From the NCBI GenBank assembly GCA_964019425.1, contig OZ025787.1:1302001-1366000 (forward strand): DNA of 64,000 nucleotides, written 5' to 3'. Positions 60,255-64,000 of the stretch are shown here, piece after piece; position 1 is the stretch's first letter, and every line of letters starts with the position of its first letter. A model generated the notes under the pieces. It was given only the letters and a program-made list of their open reading frames with translations. It was not told where the DNA came from and ran no database searches. This stretch comes from Flectonema sp. DT1601 (lineage: Eukaryota). Position numbers and translations under genes: made by a program.

Positions 60255-60998
60255 ATGGATGTGAACGTTGTCATCATCGCATCAGCAAGCGTTTGTGTTG
60301 TTGCTATTATTGCAACTCTGCTGTGGTGTTTAAAAGTTGGAAAACAAGGAAAAGTAAAACACGATATCGAAACAACTGATACATTCGACATCGTTGATGA
60401 ACCACGTGAAAAAACTGAATTGAGATACGTCCCTCCGTCGCCAGCAAGTCCAAACATGAGAATTCGAAAAACAGAAAAAGAACGAGACAGGAGAGAGAGG
60501 TGTAACAGATATTCAAAAAAACAATTTTCTAATATCTCAAACTTGAGTGTACCGAGAAGACCTGGTGCTGGGATGTTTCTACCATCTGTTCAGGCAGTAG
60601 GAGCAACAGCTCCAAAAAGAGAAACGACAACAGAATATGATGTGACGGTTGGTCCTACTAGAATCCTTCCAAGTGAAGAAGTGTCAGCTGCTATTCCTGA
60701 ATACAATAACACGACATCTTTAACATCTAAGACCTATCTCTGTACTTCTGAAAATGGATTGGCCTTTCGATCTTCACCGTATTGGGATGCCCCTAAGTGT
60801 CCAGGACCAGAATTCCTTTCAATGATTACGGTTCAAAACCCGAAATCAATAATAGCCAACGACTCTGAATGGCTAAAAGTGTCTGAAAATAAATATCTTC
60901 CGATAACAAGGAAAGAAGACGGAGGACGTCTTGTAATTGAAGTCAGCCCCGACGAAGAACCAGCTGAATGGGCAGACTACATTGCAAGAAGGATGTAA
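60255..60998 (+). CDS. Single-pass membrane protein with C-terminal SH3b-like domain
   Basis: TM VVIIASASVCVVAIIATLLWCL; the C-terminal pattern YLCTSENGLAFRSSP...GP...EWLKV...YLP resembles SH3b-like domains (by eye). Confidence 0.7.
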   Translation: MDVNVVIIASASVCVVAIIATLLWCLKVGKQGKVKHDIETTDTFDIVDEPREKTELRYVPPSPASPNMRIRKTEKERDRRERCNRYSKKQFSNISNLSVPRRPGAGMFLPSVQAVGATAPKRETTTEYDVTVGPTRILPSEEVSAAIPEYNNTTSLTSKTYLCTSENGLAFRSSPYWDAPKCPGPEFLSMITVQNPKSIIANDSEWLKVSENKYLPITRKEDGGRLVIEVSPDEEPAEWADYIARRM

Positions 60999-61163
60999 CC
61001 TGTACGTACTGTTAGTCTAGCGGTTTGGCTTAAAGCTATTCTGCTGTGACACTCCACTCAAAAAGTAATCTGTTTTTGTACTAGTTAGAATAGATAAAAG
61101 TATTCATCACTTATAAGTTAGATGTGGTCGTTACTTTTATCTTTTAGGTTGTCATCAAAAACT

Positions 61164-62162
61164 ATGTCGGGACCAGAAGCGTTGAATTGGAATGAAGAAA
61201 GTGCTAATGAATTAGGCGTTGACTACGACCCCTCACAGTATTGGATTGAAAGAACATCTGCTGTGAGAAAACAAGTTAGAGAACGGAGAGAAACCCTTCG
61301 ATCATATAAACAACTTCGTGAAACACTCGAAGAAGTCTTAGGAAAGACAAAACACAAAGTAATGATCCCATGTGGTGAGATGGCTATATTAGAAGGTACT
61401 ATAAAACACACTAATGAGATACTCGCATTCCTCGGTGCGAGTTGGTTTGCTGAAAGATCAATCCCGCAATGTCGAAGAATAGTATCAAAAAGAGAAGAAG
61501 TAATACAAGAAGACCTTGATGGACTTATCGAAGAAGAAAAAAATTGTCAAAAACGACTCCAATTACTACTTCGGTTCGAAGGCTTTGCAGACGAACCAGC
61601 GGAAGCAGAAAAGAAGAAGACACGTCCACATAAAGATATCGAATCAGCGCAGACTGTAAGAGAAAAACTTCAAATAATTGAAGAAATGGAAGCGAAAGGA
61701 CTACAAACAGAATTTGAAGTCGACAGTGAAGGTGATGGAGAAACAACTCAAACATCCCTTCCAGTCTTATCTGATGACGAGATTGCGAATCGTCTTCGAT
61801 CAGCTGGTTTAATTGACACCCCGTCATCTGGTATAATGGCAAAACTTGATGAGATGTTCTCACCTGATGCTGAGGAACCAAAGTTTGTTGATCCAAGTCA
61901 GATATTCTCGTCATACTCTGCCCCTGATGATGTTAACACTCCAGAGATAGAACAAGACTTAGAACCGGAGAAACCATTAAAAAAAAGAGTCTCTTTCAGT
62001 GACAAGAACGACATCAAACTCCACCCTGACGATGAGAATACGAAAACTGAGTCTGAGACCATCATAAAAACTGATAAACCAAACGCAGTTGGAGAAGCAG
62101 TTGTGATCAGATCTAGTTCGTGTATTCCACCACCACCACCTCCAATGAGAACTAAAAAGTAA
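61164..62162 (+). CDS. URI1: Unconventional prefoldin RPB5 interactor (URI/Bud27)-like protein
   Basis: Alpha-prefoldin domain YKQLRETLEEV...VMIPCGEMAILEGTIKHTNEILAFLGASWFAERSIPQCRRIVSKR, acidic middle, KKRVSF (RVxF-type) motif. Confidence 0.8.
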   Translation: MSGPEALNWNEESANELGVDYDPSQYWIERTSAVRKQVRERRETLRSYKQLRETLEEVLGKTKHKVMIPCGEMAILEGTIKHTNEILAFLGASWFAERSIPQCRRIVSKREEVIQEDLDGLIEEEKNCQKRLQLLLRFEGFADEPAEAEKKKTRPHKDIESAQTVREKLQIIEEMEAKGLQTEFEVDSEGDGETTQTSLPVLSDDEIANRLRSAGLIDTPSSGIMAKLDEMFSPDAEEPKFVDPSQIFSSYSAPDDVNTPEIEQDLEPEKPLKKRVSFSDKNDIKLHPDDENTKTESETIIKTDKPNAVGEAVVIRSSSCIPPPPPPMRTKK

Positions 62163-62440
62163 TTTCAAACTGAGTGGTTGGTTGAAACTATTAAGTGGAA
62201 TATATTCACCCTCAGTAATCTTTATCGATTGTTTTGCTGCATATCAGCAAACACACAGCATTTCGTTATCGCCAAACACTTGGCTTATTTTCTGTTTTGT
62301 TTTTTTTCCCGTAAAAGTCTTCTTGGGCTTGTACGGTTTATAGCCAATCCCTGCTGAAAGGATAAATTATCATTGGTTGGTTTCGTTTCTTTTTTTTTTA
62401 TTTTTATATAAAAAATTATAATTTCAGTTACATTATCAAC

Positions 62441-64000
62441 ATGAATATCAGGGTCCCCGTTGTACTTCTATCGCTCTTGTCTTCGGTGTGTGGACAGATA
62501 TTGCCAGTAAGGACCATCGTTGCTATAGGGGGATTGGCCTTTAACCCCGTTGGTAATTTCGAGGAACCCTGCGATCCGCCTAATTATGTAAATGTAACCG
62601 ATGAAATATGTGTAAGTGGATACCCAACAGCAGCACATTATTTTGAAGCCTTGGCCAAACCAACAGATGTCGCAGGGGTTGTTCGAGTCATGGGTACCGA
62701 TGAACTCTCAAAAATAACATTATACCATCCTCGTCACTGGGAATTGAACTTAGACGTTTGGAAAAGATTAGATATTGATTTCGGGGTGCTGAGATCTCCC
62801 GGAATGTTCACACAACCTGTTTACTACGATGACGCTTTGAGGTTTTTAAATAACAAACACCTACCGGTGGTGGCATCGAACATAGACTTACAACCTTATT
62901 ATTATGTTTTTGATTTGGTTGATAAAATATTCATCAAAGACGTTGGAGGTACGAAATTCGGTTATATAGCAATATGGGGAGACCTGTTGTACATAAAAAC
63001 ATACACATACGACTTAGTACTACCCAGCATCGCAGAAAGACTCCGTTCACTAGGTGCGGAAGTAGTTATATTACTCTGTATCGGACAAGCAAAATATTTC
63101 ACAACCCCAACAACATTAGTGAGATTCAATATAGATGCGGTGTTATTGCCTGCTGAGTATACTGATGTTACAACACCAGTCGTATCAAATGGAACGACTT
63201 TGTTAGTTGGAACCTTAGAAAGAGGTGCTTCACATGCTTTACAATACATTGATGCAGTGAAAGCATTTGATTCCCTACTTGGTCGTATGACGTGGAGGTT
63301 TACTTCAACAAATATTAATATGGCAACACCTCTTACTCCTGCTCAGAAAGAACCATTAATTCAAAAAGGAGAATATGATTGGATTCAAACACAACGTGAT
63401 CTGTCACTCGCAAATGATCCTGTCGTTGGTCAGTGTACTCATGATCTACAAGCTGTTAACGATGAAAGTGAAGTTTATTGTCGTTACCAAGAATGTGTTG
63501 GAGGTAACATGGTTGCTGATGCTTGCGCTAGGAGACTTCCAACAGTTGATGTTTGTTTTCCAAATGCAGGAGCACTTCGTCGTGGATGGGATGCAGGCCC
63601 AGTTCACGCCTCTGATGTCACGACGTATGTACAATTTTCTTATTATATCAAACAGATTAGTTAATCATCACCATATTAAAATAAATAAAACAGATTCTTC
63701 CCATACGCAAACACACTCTGCGAACTTAACACAACTGGTGCAGGAATTTGGGAGATATTAGAAGTAGCTGTCGCAAACATTGGAACTGATGGTAATCTCA
63801 ACTCGTCAAACAGAATCTCAGGAGGCTATCTGCAAGTATCTGAAGGATTTAAATATTCTTACAATTGGAGGCTTCCAAGAGGACAACGAATCACATCCAT
63901 CAGTATAAAGGGAAAACCATTAGACCGAAGACGATATTATACCTTGGGTGCGCTTTCTTACTTGTGTTCGGGAGGTGATAGTTTTCCTACACATGTTGCA
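62441..64000 (+). CDS. 5'-nucleotidase-family protein (signal peptide; degenerate metallophosphoesterase + 5'-nucleotidase C-terminal domain), 3'-partial; exons 62441-63624, 63694->64000
   Basis: CRYQECVGGNMVADA...FPNAGALR. After the intron GTATGT..AAAACAG (63625-63693): FPYANTLCELNTTGAGIWEILE...GGYLQVSEGFKYSY...GKPLD...YLCSGGDSF, typical of 5_nucleotid_C. Confidence 0.87.

Noticed and set aside
1..64000. Possible stop-codon reassignment
   Set aside because: TAA, TAG and TGA all terminate credible genes, and apparent internal stops are explained by GT-AG introns.

Overview
AT-rich eukaryotic nuclear DNA. Every credible gene (about 25) lies on the + strand. Introns are short (50-162 nt), with GTATG[T/A]-type donors and A/C-rich ACAG acceptors, while T-rich AG sites sit just upstream of many start codons. 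This is what a trans-splicing euglenozoan that keeps cis-introns would look like (most consistent with a diplonemid; inference, not proven). Recognisable genes: the 3' part of a Kv-type K+ channel, a very divergent histone H3 variant (CenH3 candidate), a degenerate RluA-type pseudouridine synthase with Zn knuckles, a TPR + double-PRMT methyltransferase, a URI/Bud27-type prefoldin and a 5'-nucleotidase-fold protein lacking its metal ligands. Unrecognised families: a 3-exon ER protein ending in RDEL; a 4-copy ~2.11-kb tandem array of a Cys-rich secreted two-domain protein; three dispersed paralogs sharing a near-identical GC3-rich ~600-bp core with unrelated ends, plus a fourth diverged paralog; two neighbouring genes sharing a novel peptide motif. 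A ~10-kb gene-free homopolymer-rich stretch lies at 42.5-52.7 kb. No rRNA, tRNA, CRISPR array or autonomous mobile element was seen. All splice models are read by eye and need RNA confirmation.
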